Source: Octopus vulgaris (Eukaryota). Taken from it: a stretch of 64,000 nucleotides of DNA. The DNA lies in assembly GCA_951406725.2 (NCBI GenBank), contig OX597831.1:13702001-13766000 (forward strand), in the 5' to 3' direction. Under the pieces are notes generated by a model, which searched no databases, was not told the DNA's origin, and worked only from the letters and a program-made list of their open reading frames with translations. Of this stretch, positions 1-14,400 are shown in pieces. The stretch's first letter is position 1. Each line of letters opens with the position of its first letter. The translations under genes were made by a program, and so were the position numbers.

Positions 1-89
1 GAGAGAGAGAGAGAGAGAGAAAGAGAGAGGCGGAGTGGCAACTAACATTTTGGAACACTGTCATATTCTCCAATAAATCAAGATTTGCT

Positions 90-600
90 GTATTTTCTGA
101 CAGTGTCAGATTCTGTGGTCGAGAATTTGACATGAAAAGATCGTAGCAAACAATGCAACATGGCACCTATTCTGTGATGGTCTGGGGAGAAATTTGTAGC
201 AATGGTCAATCGGAACTGTGGAGTGTGAGGGAAACATAAACTCAGATAAATATGTACCCATAGTGCAGAAAGGACTCCAATGGTGAAATGATTAAAGAAG
301 ACTATTTATGGACGATAGGGCTCTCTGTCATACGGCTAAAATGACCCAAAATTCATTGGATGCCAATGCCCAGTCTCTTTTACAAGCTTCCATAGTCAAG
401 CAAGTCACAAGATATGAGTCCTATTGGTCACCTCTGGGACATAATGGACTGAAAACTTCATGAAAAGAACAAGAAAGCATCTCCAAAGCCAGATCTTTTG
501 AGATTATTGGATGAAATTTGGCAAGAAATTCCTCAAGAGAAAAAGGATGCTTGCATTGAGAAATACGAAGGGCATGTCTACTAAATACTAGATAGTCAAA
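90..600 (+). mobile_element. Decayed Tc1-like DDE transposase fragment
   Basis: Broken frames give VMVWGEICSNG (~174), MDDRALCHTAK (~308) and SQDMSPIGHLWDIM (~404), matching the Tc1 motifs VMVWG, QDNAPCH and SPDLNPIENLW; frameshifted. Ends approximate. Confidence 0.7.
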
Positions 601-779
601 TTATAATAATTAATAAAGAATTTTAATGCATAATTTCAGATTTCAATAAATTTTAACGATTATAAACCTGTCTATTTACTTCTGACATGTCTGTGTCTAT
701 ATCAGGCTAAGTAAAAAGTAAGCAACTCTTTGAAACCTGAAATTCATCACGATATATTTCGTCAATGGAAGTACCATTA

Positions 780-1760
780 CAATCAATACATTTTTGCCAC
801 CCTGTTAAAAGCTGGGTTTTTTTCGGTAACATAAAAATCCTGGGTTCTGGAGCTGATGAACTCTTTGAATGCACTTTCATCATCGGTTTGATTTTTTGAA
901 CTCATTTTCTCACAGGATATCATGAAGGTGATTGAAAAAGTGGTAGCCGGTAGGAGAGAGGTCTGGGGAATAAGCTGGGTGGGGAGGAACTTCGTAGTCA
1001 AGTTCCCTCAATGTCTGGAGCATTATTAGGGAAACGTGTGGTCGAGTATTGTTACGAAAAATGACTAGCTCTCTTCTGTTGACCAGTCTGGGACGGAGGA
1101 CTAGCGGTTTTTCGTTCATTTTGGCAATTTCATAGCAATATGTTTCTGAAGTAATGGTTTTTCCGGGTTCTAAGAAGTTATAGTGAATGAGTCCAGCAGT
1201 ACACCATCGAACAGCCATCATAAACTTTTTCTTGAAGCGCTCGGCTTTAAGGAAGGTTTTCGGTGCTTCATTTCGGTGCAACCACTGCGAAGAACGTTTT
1301 TTATTATTGTACAGAATTCACGTTTCATCGCAAGTTACAGTAGGGTCGAGAAATAGATCGGTTTCGTTACGGAGAAGAAACGACGAGCAAATTTCATATC
1401 TGCGCATTTTCTGATTTTCATTCAAATTGAGTGACACCCATTTGTCGAACTTTTATCAGTTTCCTATCACATGCAAATGGTTGCTGGCAGCTTTCTGGCT
1501 AACTTGAATTTCTTTTGCCAGTTCCCGAGTTGTTTTACGTAGATCTTTCTCAATGATGATCTTTAATTGACCAACATCGAAGACAGATGGGCGTCCATTA
1601 TGCTCACGAGCTCCAAGGCTCGGGTCTTAGTGTTCGTAAGACAACCCGTAGACTTAACATCAATCCCCCATTAGAAATAACATTACACAGTGCGTTGCAA
1701 GGATGTCTCCGCTCACTTAGATTGTCCGCTGATAATATGGGTTTCTATACAGTTTTCGTC
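780..1760 (-). mobile_element. Decayed mariner transposon (transposase pseudogene)
   Basis: ORF 910-1281(-) contains GLIHYNFLEPGKTITSETYC, NNTRPHVS and PHPAYSPDLSPTGYHFF (mariner HDNARPH and YSPDLAPxDY motifs, degenerate); continues in broken frames on both sides. Ends approximate. Confidence 0.85.
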
Positions 1761-2229
1761 CAATCAAATTCTTACATATTTCATGTTATGCAAGTACTTG
1801 ATGTCACTCCGTAGGCGTGAGCTCAAAAACGTCGTCGTTGTATATCGGACTTCTTAACCATTAAGACATACAGAACCTATACAGCCATATTCACAAATCA
1901 ATAACATGATACATACATAGATACAACATAAAAGAAGACACCGATGCAGTGATCAGGCAATAAACATGGACAGACTGTCATAAATGAGTATGTGTTGCGC
2001 TGACCACTAAAGATTGCAGCTATTTTAATCGTTGTCAATAGACTTGTGTCACTTCTGCAGTGTATTCCTTCATATTTCATGGCGTTAGAAGCTGTCACAC
2101 AGTTTTAATTGATTTTTTAAAAATAAACACGCATACATTCGAACACACAGGCACAACAATAAAATTACCCAAATACTTATAATCGTGAGCGTGTGCGTTT
2201 GTGCCTTAGTCTATATTCTTTTATGCTTT

Positions 2230-2412
2230 TAATTGTTGCAGTCATTTCATTGCGGCCATGCTGGAGGACAGCTTTAGTCGAACTTATCACCCCAGGACTT
2301 ATAATTTGTAACCTTTGTACTAATTCTATCGGTTTCTATCCCAGAACAACTAGGGTGCAAGGACAAAATCATCGGTTGTCAAGTTATGGAGGAGACAGAC
2401 ACGAAAACACAC

Positions 2413-2444
<32 letters not shown>

Positions 2445-2600
2445 TTACGAAGGGCTCTTTCAGATTCCGTCTACCAAATCCACTCACAAGGCTTTGATCG
2501 GCCCGAGGCTACGGTACAAGGCACTTGCCCAAGGTGTCACGCAGTGGAACTGAACACAGAACCATGCGGTTGTAATGCAAGTTTCTTGTCACATAGCCAT
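2230..2600 (-). mobile_element. SINE-like repeat remnants
   Basis: Contains cacttgcccaagg, the reverse complement of the CORE-type ccttgggcaagtg motif, with (CA)n/(TA)n inside. Confidence 0.5.
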
Positions 2601-2679
2601 GCCTCCGCCTGCCATATAAATATGTATGATATATATATATGTATGATATGTATGTATGATATGTATGTATGTATGTATG

Positions 2680-3180
2680 TGGAGAAGGATTGTGCATGAG
2701 GGGGCAGCCACTTTTGAGAAATCTCGAGTTGCACATGAGAAAGTAAGGAGAGATGTCAGGAAGGGCATCGCTGTTACACTTCCAGATGGGAAGGCTCTTC
2801 CTTTGATTCTGACATGCAATGTCTGTGCAAGACCCCCGCCTCAGTAAAGCTGGACTCATGAGTCATCTTCGTAGTCATAAAACGAGACAGATGAGTGACA
2901 ACCTGACCACTGGTGGTCGTGTAACACACCATACTAATCATATCTGTCAGGCATGAGGAAGAGAGTGTAATTCGGCAGGAGGACTTAAACGACATGCAAA
3001 GGTACATGAAGCCCGGTTACAACTACAGCCGGCTATTACCAGTAAAGGTCTTAGTTGCCAATTTTGTACAAGACATTGTAGATCTTTAGCTGGGCTGAAA
3101 AGTCACGTTCGATCACAGCACCAGTAACAGTTAAGCTTCGTGCAATGGCCATACTCGATAACGAGGGGGCAGCCATAATA
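2680..3180 (+). mobile_element. 3' end of a LINE (RTE-like) with three degenerate C2H2-type zinc fingers
   Basis: Broken frames read CNVCARP..KAGLMSHLRSH, CQA*GRECNSAGGLKRHAKVH and CQFCTRHCRSLAGLKSHVRSQH, ending in a short taataa tail; flanked on both sides by (ATGT)n. Confidence 0.6.
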
Positions 3181-3905
3181 ATGTATGTATGTATGTATGT
3201 ATGTATGTATGTATGTATGTATGTATGTATGTATGTATGTATGCATGCATGTATGTATGTATGTTGGTAGGTAGGTATGTACGTGTGTATGTATATATAT
3301 ATACATATAATTACTTATTTATTGATAAAAGAATATGAGGATAATGATTTCTATCGAATAGCCAGCATACTATAAGAAATTATGGGCGATTATTGCATTA
3401 AATTAATCATAATGTATATAATTATGTCAAGTGAGCAAGGGCGAAAATCTCCAGCAAGCTTGAAGTGCCGATACGTTCCAAAAAAATCTACCAAAGTGAA
3501 TCGATTCCAGTTTCTGGATTGAAGCAGAAAAATAAATTCCCCAAAATAGAAAAATGACATTCAGCCAACACATAGATACTTGCGCCTACAACAAAACACC
3601 AAACTTCAGGATTTTCCCCCTCTACCAATTCAGGGATGATACAACCTCAAGCCAACGAATAAGTAAAAAAAACTCTCTTTATTACAAAATATAGGCCCCT
3701 TCTCAACGGGTCGACGTCAAACGAAATATACACCTCGGCTTTAGAATAACACAAATACACACGCAAATATTACATTCTAAAGAATCCATTACAAATCAGC
3801 CCCAATCACAGCTATAACCCATAACGTGCCAACTTTAAGTCATACAACACCTCACTACTTCCACTTATTCATATTCTCCCTCCTCTTTCTTCTTATTCTT
3901 CCCCT

Positions 3906-4088
3906 CTTCATCATCATCATTATCATCATCATCATCATCATCATCTTCTTCTTCTTCTCCTTCTTCTTCAGCATCATCAACATCCTCATCCTCCTCATCA
4001 TCATCATCATAATCATCATTATCATCATCATCATCATCATCATCTTCTTCTTCTTCTTCTTCTTCTTCTTCTTCTTCTTCTTCTTCTT
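3906..4088. repeat. Compound (CAT)n/(CTT)n microsatellite
   Basis: Direct reading; source of the poly-I/F/M ORFs. Confidence 0.95.
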
Positions 4089-4569
4089 TTTCTCCCCCGT
4101 CTACTTCTTAACTTTATCACTAATGTTTTTTTTGTATAACACCTACGCAAATTCTATAGACAAACCTTTCAATAGAAATACTCTCATGAACTGCTAGCCG
4201 CCACTTACCATTCAAAATACAACAATCAAGGCACTCCACAATCCCCCCCTTCTCGTCATCATCCTTCTTCTTCTTCCCTAACAAGAATTCACAACGACCT
4301 CGAACCCACATGTGTAAACAAGAGAGACAGAGAAAGGCAGAAACAAGGAAAATGCCACTTATATTTGAACACTATACAAATATTCCTTTCAAAAACATAA
4401 CATTTCTTTTAATTTTTCTAACTTTAATTATTTAATCGTTACAGTTGAAAAGGTCCCAAATTGACTGAAACCGGTACTGAAATGTTCTTTATAAAATTAT
4501 TTTAGCATTTTCTATCTTGACTTGTTTTTTCATATATATCAACTCGTGTGTTCCTTTTAATCCTTATAC

Positions 4570-4605
4570 ATATAAATATATATATATATACATATTTATA
4601 TATAT

Positions 4606-4641
<36 letters not shown>

Positions 4642-4965
4642 GTGTGTGTGTATGTACGTGTATATGTATGTATATGTGTATCTCTCTATCACTATATATA
4701 AATGTATATAAATATGAACATATATATATATATATGAATAAAGTTGACGCAGGTGTAAATCAAATTTTTATATATATATATATATATATACTATTAAAAA
4801 GGATGAAGCCTTTTTCTCTACAGAGAAAAACTCCATCAGGAATTGTGGTAGTATATTAAAAGAACATTTACGGTTAAAAATTATAAATATCTTATAAGCA
4901 AGGGCTAAAGAAGATTATTCTAAAGCTAATATACTGATATTCCACATTTATATATGTGTGTGTAT

Positions 4966-5043
<78 letters not shown>

Positions 5044-5085
5044 GTTTATACACACATATATACATGAATACATATATGTATATGA

Positions 5086-5119
<34 letters not shown>

Positions 5120-5153
5120 AGAGAAAGAGAGAGAGCGCGCGAGAGAAAGATAG

Positions 5154-5228
<75 letters not shown>

Positions 5229-5269
5229 AAAAGAGAGAGAGAGAGAGAAAAAGAGAGAGAGAGAGATAG

Positions 5270-5318
<49 letters not shown>

Positions 5319-5360
5319 CAGACAGATAGATAGATTGAGAGAGAGGGAGATAGATGGATA
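4570..5360. repeat. Microsatellite cluster (TA)n, (CA)n, (GATA)n, (GA)n
   Basis: Direct reading. Confidence 0.95.
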
Positions 5361-6127
5361 GAAACGACGGTCTCGTTTCTGTTTGCCTCCACCGAGTTCA
5401 CTCGCAAGAACGACCCCTCCCCAATGTACCATGCATTCGGACTGAACCCGGAATCCTGTGGTTGGGAGGAATGATATAAATTATTCCATATATTTAAAGA
5501 CAAAACTTGAAATGTAGGAAACTATTTGTTTCTCAAAGAAATATTCTTGCAACGAAAGATTTCCTATGAAAAAAACCAATCAAACGTTCGAGACGTGAAT
5601 ATCATATAAAAATATATATATCAAGGGAAACTACTCTAAATTACTAAAACGGTTTAAAGTTAAGGGAGGTAATTCTAATAAATATACGGCTATGTTTATA
5701 GGGGAGATAACTCTTAGTAATTTAGAGTGGTTTCCCTTGACGGGTTTTTTTATTTTATCTACATTTCGAACATTTTTAACAATCATTGTTTCTTTTAATA
5801 GGAAATCTTTCGTTGAAAGAATATTTCTTTGAGAAACAAATAGTTTCCTACATTTCAAGTTTCGCTTTGTCTTTAAGTATATGAAATAATTAGTTGCATA
5901 TTTTGCAATTTCTTCCCTTGACAAATCTGTATTATAAAAACAAAGTAGCTGTTTCTTTGTAAGTGCGTGCGTGCATGTATATATATGTTTGTATGTGTTT
6001 GTGTGTGCGTGCGTATGTGTGTGTCTGTGAGTGGTTGCGTGCTTGCGATCACGTATCTGTAACAGTTTGTCCTTACTTGTGTGTAGACTTGTTTTCTCGC
6101 GCGCGCATACATACATACTTACACATG

Positions 6128-6208
<81 letters not shown>

Positions 6209-6277
6209 GTCTCTCTGTCTCTCTTTCTCTGTCTGCCTACTTGTCTCTCTGTATATCTATCTATCTATCTACCTATG

Positions 6278-6334
<57 letters not shown>

Positions 6335-6428
6335 CACCGTGATCACCGTGACCGACCAGGCTATCAGATGTTGCTACACATCGCTGGCCACAATGCGCTT
6401 CGAATTGTTTTAGCCTTCAAGTGACGCC

Positions 6429-6460
<32 letters not shown>

Positions 6461-6657
6461 ATGGATGTTCTTTTGTCTGTGTTTCTCCCCCCCCCTACCA
6501 TCCCTCTTAAGTTGGTGCCCCCGCCTAGCCGCAGTCAAATGGCTGAAACAAGTAAAAGAGTAAAAGAATCGGTGCCCCAGCATGGCCACAGCTCATGAGC
6601 TGAAACTAGAATCAATCAATCATTATTTATGAACACATATTTGTGTGTGTGTGTGTA

Positions 6658-6794
<137 letters not shown>

Positions 6795-7020
6795 GGCGAG
6801 CTGGCAGAAACGTTAGCACGCCGGGCGAAATGCGTAGCCGTATTTCGTCTGCCGTTACGTTCTGAGTTCAAATTCCGCCGAGGTCGACTTTGCCTTTCAT
6901 CCTTTCGGGGTCGATAAATTAAGTACCAGTTACGCACTGGGGTCGATGTAATCGACTTAATCCGTTTGTCTGTCCTTGTTTATCCCCTCTGTGTTTAGCC
7001 CCTTGTGGGTAGTAAAGAAA
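6795..7020 (+). mobile_element. tRNA-derived SINE with Nin/Deu-type central domain (family 1)
   Basis: Head ggcgagctggcagaaacgttagcacgccgggcgaaat...gagttcaaattcc (A/B-box-like), then gcctttcatcctttcggggtcgataaattaagtacc; at least 12 related copies in the window. Confidence 0.85.
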
Positions 7021-7159
7021 TATATATATATATATACACGCATATATATATATGTATATACGCATATATATATATATATATGTATATACGCATAAAACAC
7101 CTTTTAAGGCGATGCCCCAGTATGACCGCAATCACATCCAATGGTTAAAACAAGTAGAA

Positions 7160-7521
7160 GAATAAGAGCACTCAGAGTGTGCAAACCTCCGCCAAGACAA
7201 CACAAACGTCCTCTCAACGATTCGCCGGAGATGATTTTTAAAATGAGAATATCGGAAATAAGCTCGATTGCTCTCACAAACGAGAATACTAAAAATGACC
7301 CCGACCACACTCAAAAACTAAGAAAAAAATAGGGAAAATAATCCAGACCCCTTTTCCTGTATCGGAAATCAGTTCGTGCCAGTCACGAGGCCAAACATTT
7401 CTGAAAGTTTCATCCGAATCCATCCAGCGGTTCTTGAGATATCTTCTCCAAGGTCAAAAAAACACACAAACAAACACGACTGAAAATAATACCCCGCCTT
7501 AGCAAAGGCCGAGATAATAAA
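7160..7521 (-). mobile_element. Non-autonomous Helentron/HINE-like element
   Basis: Minus strand begins ttattatctcggcc...ggcggggtattattttc and ends cttggcggaggtttgcacactctgagtgc (subterminal inverted repeat plus 3' hairpin). Family call is from recalled structure. Confidence 0.5.
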
Positions 7522-7936
7522 AGAACACGCACGCACACACACACACACACATACACACACACACACACATATGAGAGAGAGAGAGTGTGTGCGTGTGTGT
7601 ATGTATGTATGTGTGTGCATGTGTACATGCAAATACACAAATATACACGTATGTCTTTTCCAACAAGCTTTTAATGTCAAGCTAACTTGTTAAATTCTAA
7701 GATATTATTGTCAGTTTTTCTTTTTACAAGATCGAGGGTGGAGTGATTAGTTACATTTAGAATATGTTGGATTGTATTCAAAATAAATATAGATCTGTTT
7801 TGTTTTGGTATTTCCTTATCTTCTAAGCTTTCTCTTGTGAGATGTACTCTGATTTCTGGCTTATTTTGGTAAGCAACATTCAGTTATAATTCTCGCTAAG
7901 AGTTTAATGTAGTTGATTAATATTTTCGCTTGAGGA

Positions 7937-8090
7937 GGCGACGAGCTGACAGACACGTTACCACGCCGGGCGAAATGCTTAGCGGTATTTCGTCTGCCGT
8001 TACGTTCTGAGTTCAAATTCCGCCGAGGCCGAATTTGCCTTTCATCCTTTCGGGGTCGATATATTAAGTACCAGTTACCAGTTATATCGA
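7937..8090 (+). mobile_element. SINE family 1 copy
   Basis: Near-identical to 6795-6940. Confidence 0.85.
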
Positions 8091-9028
8091 TGCACACGTA
8101 TGATATAGGCGAAATTCGAACTCAAGATTCGCAAAGACAGATAAAATACCGTAAACCATTTCGCCCGGTACGGTAACATTTCTGCCAACTCTTCCCCTGG
8201 GAGAGTAAGTATTCATTTAGAAATATATTCTTTATTCTCATTGCATAAGCGTAACTCCCTTACTTACTTACATAATGACATGAAATTTCGTAACATTTTA
8301 CCTCATAACTCTTTTTCTACTTAATTTTGTAGCGATTCTGAATTCCTCATTCATTTTTCTATCATTTAAGCTTAAAAAAAGGTATTCTTTAAATTTAAAA
8401 TTAAAACATTTATTTTAATTGAAGATGAATATCTGCCTTACTGCCCCCCCCCCTTAAGGTCGCAGATATTTTGATGTAACTTCTTTTCTACTGAACCAAA
8501 TCTCAAACTATTTATGGCAAAGTGTAGCTGGTGGGGGGGGGGTCCTCTTTAAAACTATTAACAGTTTGCAATTTAGTTGAGAACTGAATTAGTGATGAAG
8601 CTTAGAAGCTGATGCGTTGACGAAATGGTGGACTTAAGAATATATTCAACCACTCCCGTGATTGAATGATATGCACAAATATTCATACTTGTGAGCAAAT
8701 AGCTACATATACATGGGTTATTGAATGCGAGGTTTCGATAAATAGAAATATATGCGCATACATACACAAATGCCGTGTTTATATCGACGCACACGTATGA
8801 TATAGATTTTTAGACCAACATTCTACAATGAAAATTCAATGCCGTTCTTACATATGGAATTTCAAAATACAAATCCAAAACGTTTACCTCTCTTCAACCA
8901 TTATACTTCTGCATTTTAGATATAACACTGACACCATGTGCGTTGCTATTCAAGCCATTAAACATGTCACAATAAAATTATATGACAAGATATATAGCAA
9001 ATATAAATATTGATAGAATGAGAAAAAA

Positions 9029-9058
9029 CAGCTGTTACATCATAGCTTAGTGTATAAG
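9029..9058 (+). promoter_or_regulatory. Putative core promoter of gene A
   Basis: CAGCTGTTACATCA at 9029-9042 and TATAAG at 9053-9058, 67 bp before the ATG; same arrangement upstream of B-F. Confidence 0.55.
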
Positions 9059-9119
9059 CGACGTTGTTTTTAAAGCGACCACGCTGACGGCTGTCGTTGA
9101 CTTAACAGCAAAATCCACC

Positions 9120-9910
9120 ATGAAATTTTTTCTACATATTCGTTTTCTCATTGTTCGTAAGTACTTAAACTCAAATGTTCTTCATCTTCGTAATATTCAG
9201 AGGATACCAGTTAATCTAACACACACACACATTCTCTCTTTCTTTTTCTCTCTATCTTTCTTACTATCTCCCTGCTCTCTCTCTATCTCTCCCTCCGTGT
9301 CCCTCTCTTGGTCTTTCTTCACTTTGTGTTGATATATATTTTTACGAATGTGAGTTAGATAAAAATCGCAGTACTTTCTCACTCAGTGTGTATGGGTGTG
9401 AGCCACCACACCGTTGCATACTTGACCCCACCTGAAGATGAATTTAATAGCTGGCAAATACTGTGTCAACTCTTTTTCAATTTGTGTCTTTTGAAAGAGG
9501 GCGATGGTATCGAGCGACTTCGAGTAGGTCCTTAACACCACCGTCCTCTCTTCAAAGTCTTTCATCCACTGTTTGCGTGGGACAATCTCCGACTCTAACC
9601 TAATGTTGTTTATCTTTTTTGCCATGTTTTTTTTTGGGGGGGTGGGGAGTTCACAAAATCAAAAGTTCACACAGTTAAAAAAAAAATTCAGGAAGGAAGA
9701 AGACAAAAAACAGTTAAAAAACACAGCAAACTATTCTTCTGGCTGTCCTGGTACTTCTGACTAGCACCCTTAAACACTTTAGTGACGTCCTGAATGGTAC
9801 TGCGCATGTGTCGAAACCATAATGATAGACGTGGTGCAGCAGATGATGGTGATATGTTGGATTGTTTTTATGGCGGTTCTGTATATCACATCATTTTGTT
9901 TCTATAAATA

Positions 9911-9973
<63 letters not shown>

Positions 9974-11436
9974 AACTATATATATACCCTCTATTTATAG
10001 AAACATATTTATAACTGCTTCATTCTGTGTTTCTGCCAGCACATCGGGTGGGATATCGATGTCCGCTCGCGCTTTTTCGGGAATTATCAATTTCACTGCC
10101 TGGGCTAGACGTATGGCTTTCTGTAGTACGTCCGTTCTAAATAGCGCTGAGGCATTCGCAGCAAAGGCTGTGAATGTATTGTTGTTATTGCTGCTGCTGC
10201 TGCTGCTGCTAAGTTTGTCATCGTTGTTGTTGTTGTTATTGTTACTCACAATAGAAATATTGCTGCCGTTTAAGTTGTTTTCGTTTCTTCTCTCTCATAT
10301 TTTGTTGTTGTAGTGTTAGTGTTCGATGCGAAGGCGCTTGGCTTAGTTGTTACAGCACTCGGCTCATGATCAAAAGGCCGTGATTTCGATTCTTGTGGGT
10401 GTGTTGTGATCTTGAACAACACACTACTCCAATCCTCTCATCTGGCATAAATGAGGGCTCCTTGTTATACAAAAGGCCAACCTTCTCACATTGAGTGCCT
10501 TGTGGAACAACTCTGAGAACTACGCTATGGATACGCATTTCGGTAGAGTGCTCAACCACTGATCAGATCAACAAGAAGCCTCGTCGTCATCACCAATGGA
10601 GTGCCAGCAAGATACCTTATTATTGTCAATCAGTTTTTCATTCGTTACCTCCATTCTTCTCTTTCAGTCGTTGGGCTGCAGACACTCTGGGGCGTCGTCA
10701 ACTCAAAGAGTAAGTAAATAATAACGATCTTCGCTACCTGTTTGAAAGTGTGTTGTTGTTCATCGAATACTATATGTAAATTATCTCTGTCATTTCTTGT
10801 ATATCACCCAGTGAAAACATGCCAGATTAACTTAGAAATACAACCATGAGTTTAGAAAATCGTCTGCTGATGGACTTCGACTTCGTATGTCACCTTATGA
10901 TTGCCTGGAGATTTATACCAACCATACAACCTTTTGTTAAACTGGTGTATTTGTCTCAGCAGACATTTTTCCCGGATTAATATTTTGATACATGACTATA
11001 CATATTTATATATGACTATATACATATATATATATATATATATATTAGAAATGGCAGCCAAATAGGTCACTATTTCTCCTACTAGTAAAAAAGGAAATAT
11101 TATATTGACAAGGAAATGAACCTCTGGTTCTAATCCAGAGACGATTTCGTCTATAATTAATCCAAATAGGCTGGGATTTCGTTATTTTCTTTCTCTTTAC
11201 CATATACGGGTTGCAAATTCTGTTTGTTTATGGAGACTTTTTTACTAGTAGGAGAAATGGTGACCTATTTGGCTGCCATTTCTAATATTTTCGGTATGTG
11301 GTTTTGTGCAACTTGTTGCAATTAACCCTTTATTATAATTAATATAATCCTTACCAAATATGGTATTTTCCATACCGATAAAACTACTAGGTGAAATTTA
11401 TTAATTTTATTAAATTAATTATATTTCACCCTTTTT

Positions 11437-11490
<54 letters not shown>

Positions 11491-14400
11491 ATACATATTT
11501 ACATAAATACATACATATGTATATACAAGCATATATATGTATATATGTATGCATGTATGTATGTATGTACGTATGTGCCGATTCTTTCTAGGTTTTATTT
11601 AATAATTTTTTCTATAATTGAATATTTTCATTTAAGTATATTTATACGCATAAGTACCATATATAGATTTAGGCTTTCAATTTTTGACAATTTTTGGTGC
11701 CTGTAATTGGCTACATTTGTTTCAATGATGCTCGTTGTGGAGTATGAACATTTTATGCTATGTTTGTTTGTTAGTTTGTAGTACTTGTGCATGGGGTGAA
11801 AGAGTTTTGACAGTGTTTTGAAAGCCTAATGTAGCTAATAGTGTAGAGACTTGTATGTTGCTAGGGAAAATTAAACCAAATGATTTTTTCTTGTTCTATT
11901 CTTACGTAGTTTATATTTTGTGGAGTTCTTTGTTTATATATTGCAACTTCTTGATGCATCCTTCCTATGGGCCTGCTGTGCCTAGTTTCATGTGCCAAGG
12001 AAAAGTAAATGCTCAGCTCATGCAAATTAATCTGTAAGTAATCTGAAACATTTCAAATTTCCATCGCTCTAACAACTCCATCAACCTACCGACCCCTATT
12101 ACACGCCAATAAGAAAAAGTGTTTCAGAAACCGATTTTTCAAAACAAGACCCTTAGTCCACTTCAGAGGAAGACCCAGAACGTGAGCTTCTAAATTCTAT
12201 TCCCATTCCGACCGCATTCTGCAAACTGATCAGCTATGAGACGCAGCGTTTTGTAGGGTGAGTTCAAATTGTTGTTACATATATCTCTAATCTGCTTCTC
12301 CTACAAAGGTCTTAAAAGTTTTAGAATGCACCGAAATTATTGCAGCAATCCATTTTGAATTTTACAGATTGTTTCCTTACTGCAATATACTTAGGGTTAG
12401 CGAACAAGGAGATTTGTTCTCATCATCATCATTGTTCGACCGTGGTCGAGAAATGGAATTTACCATGCTACACCAGACTTCACTGTCCATCATGGCATTA
12501 CGAAGGTCCTGTTGCTGGATGCCGGTATCCCTGGAGATTACATCAGGGTAGGAGGGTGTGCGCCCTCTGGTATTGCGAGTAGATGGCTTCCAGAGGAGAA
12601 GAGTAGAAATTACCTCTTTTTCAGCTCTTCAACTATGTCCAGCAAACTGGACTCTCCTACCTTTCACAAGTGATGACACAGGTGGTAATTTCCCATAAAT
12701 ATTTGCATTTTGTTTGGATGGCGCTTCCACGAGAGATTTTGAGCTCTCATAAGGAGGCGAATGTAGGTTCCATCCAACCGCCTCTCAAGCTTCTTTGATA
12801 ACGTCCAGGTTTCTGAGCCATATAGTAGAATTGGTTTGACTGTGGCTTTGAAGATTTCAAGTTTGAAGTCTCTACTTAGATTTGATGACCAGATCTTATG
12901 CATGTCATTACAGGCTGACCAGGCCATACGCTTTCTAATTAGAAAATCTTTTCCATATGATGATATGTATGACCCAAGATATTTGTAATCAGAAACCATA
13001 TTTAAGGGCGCATTGTTGAGAGTATGGATGATGCAATCACTGATAGATAGGCACTTGTTTATATATTCAGTCTTGGCCTCATTGAGTTAAAGACCTACAC
13101 AATTTGAGGCTTGTTCGAGAGATTGTAAAAGAGACTGGGCATTGGAGAGAGAATCACTGATAAGAGCGATGTCGTCAGCAAAGTCAGTGTCTGTCAAGTA
13201 TTCAGCTGAGTATCTGGAACTTCTTCTTGGTTTTATTTCAAAGCCCTTGCCAGAGATGGTATCAACTGACATACGTAGCACATAGTCAACGACAATGATG
13301 AAAAGAAATGGGGCTAGTGTGTCTCCCTGCAGTATTCCGGCTTTGATTGAGAAAGATGATGTTTCTCCGTCAGGGGTTAAGATGGTTGAAGACGTATCTG
13401 TGTAGAGGACCTTGATGGCAGAAATGATTTTGTCTGGTATCCCATAGAGCTTAAGGATTTCAAACATCTTGTACCTATCTACAGAATCGAACGCTTTAGA
13501 AAAGTTTACAAATACCATTGCAAGATCGCGATTAAATGCTTTTGATTCTTCAATAAGTCTGCGTAGGCATAGTATCTGGCTCAGCGTTGAGTGCCCATGT
13601 CTGAATCCATTTTGGTTCTTTCGGAGCAAAGGTTCAACAAAAAGGACAAGACGATTTAGAATCAGTTTGTTGTACAGTTTTGCAGCAATTGACATTAGAG
13701 ATATACCCTTGTAGTTGGTGACGAGGGATTTGTTTTACTACATGTCTTAACATCAGAAAAACCGCAACAGATGTTCGTACGTTCTTACGATACGGCCATC
13801 ATCAATGTAAAATGATTAATAACATTATATAGGAGCTATTTAGTGATATCGATATCTCTGCACATGGTCGCGTCTTATTTGATATTAACCCTAGGTTTGA
13901 CCCTCTTATGGCAATCATTGTATGTAATTTAGATACAAGGCTACCAGTTTTTCGGCGAGTGTAGACGATACCAGTAACACCTGTGCATGTTTATATGTAT
14001 TTATATTTAGCATTTCATCTTGGGGATATGAAAGTCAAAGTTTATATTGGGAGAATGTGTACTTAAAATCTAAAGAGGCGGAGAACTACCAGAGGCTGCT
14101 TTTACGTCGCTCTAACAACTCCACCAACCTACTGACCCCTATTACACGCCAATAAGAAAAAGTGTTTCAGAAACCGATTTTTCAAAACAAGACCCTTAGT
14201 CCAATTCAGAGGAAGATCCAGTAAAACACGAACGTAAGGTTATTGTATTTAGATGCCATCAAGAAATTTGAAATAGTGATTAAATTAAAAACAGTAATGA
14301 CACTTGGTTTAAGAAAAATGATGCTTAATGCATCAAATAATTAAAGTATCTTTTGAAATCTACATAAGACGAGAAGCCAGAGAATTGTCAGCGTTATAAT

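Noticed and set aside
2800-3125. C2H2 zinc-finger host gene
   Set aside because: Stop and frameshift, no canonical TGEKP linkers, and LINE-like 3' tail context.
6795-6880. tRNA-like sequences here and at 20247, 27899, 48883
   Set aside because: They are SINE heads that run into SINE body sequence, not tRNA genes.
9383-9625. 80 aa minus-strand ORF in intron 1 of gene A
   Set aside because: No motif I can identify; possibly a retroelement ORF1 remnant but unsupported.
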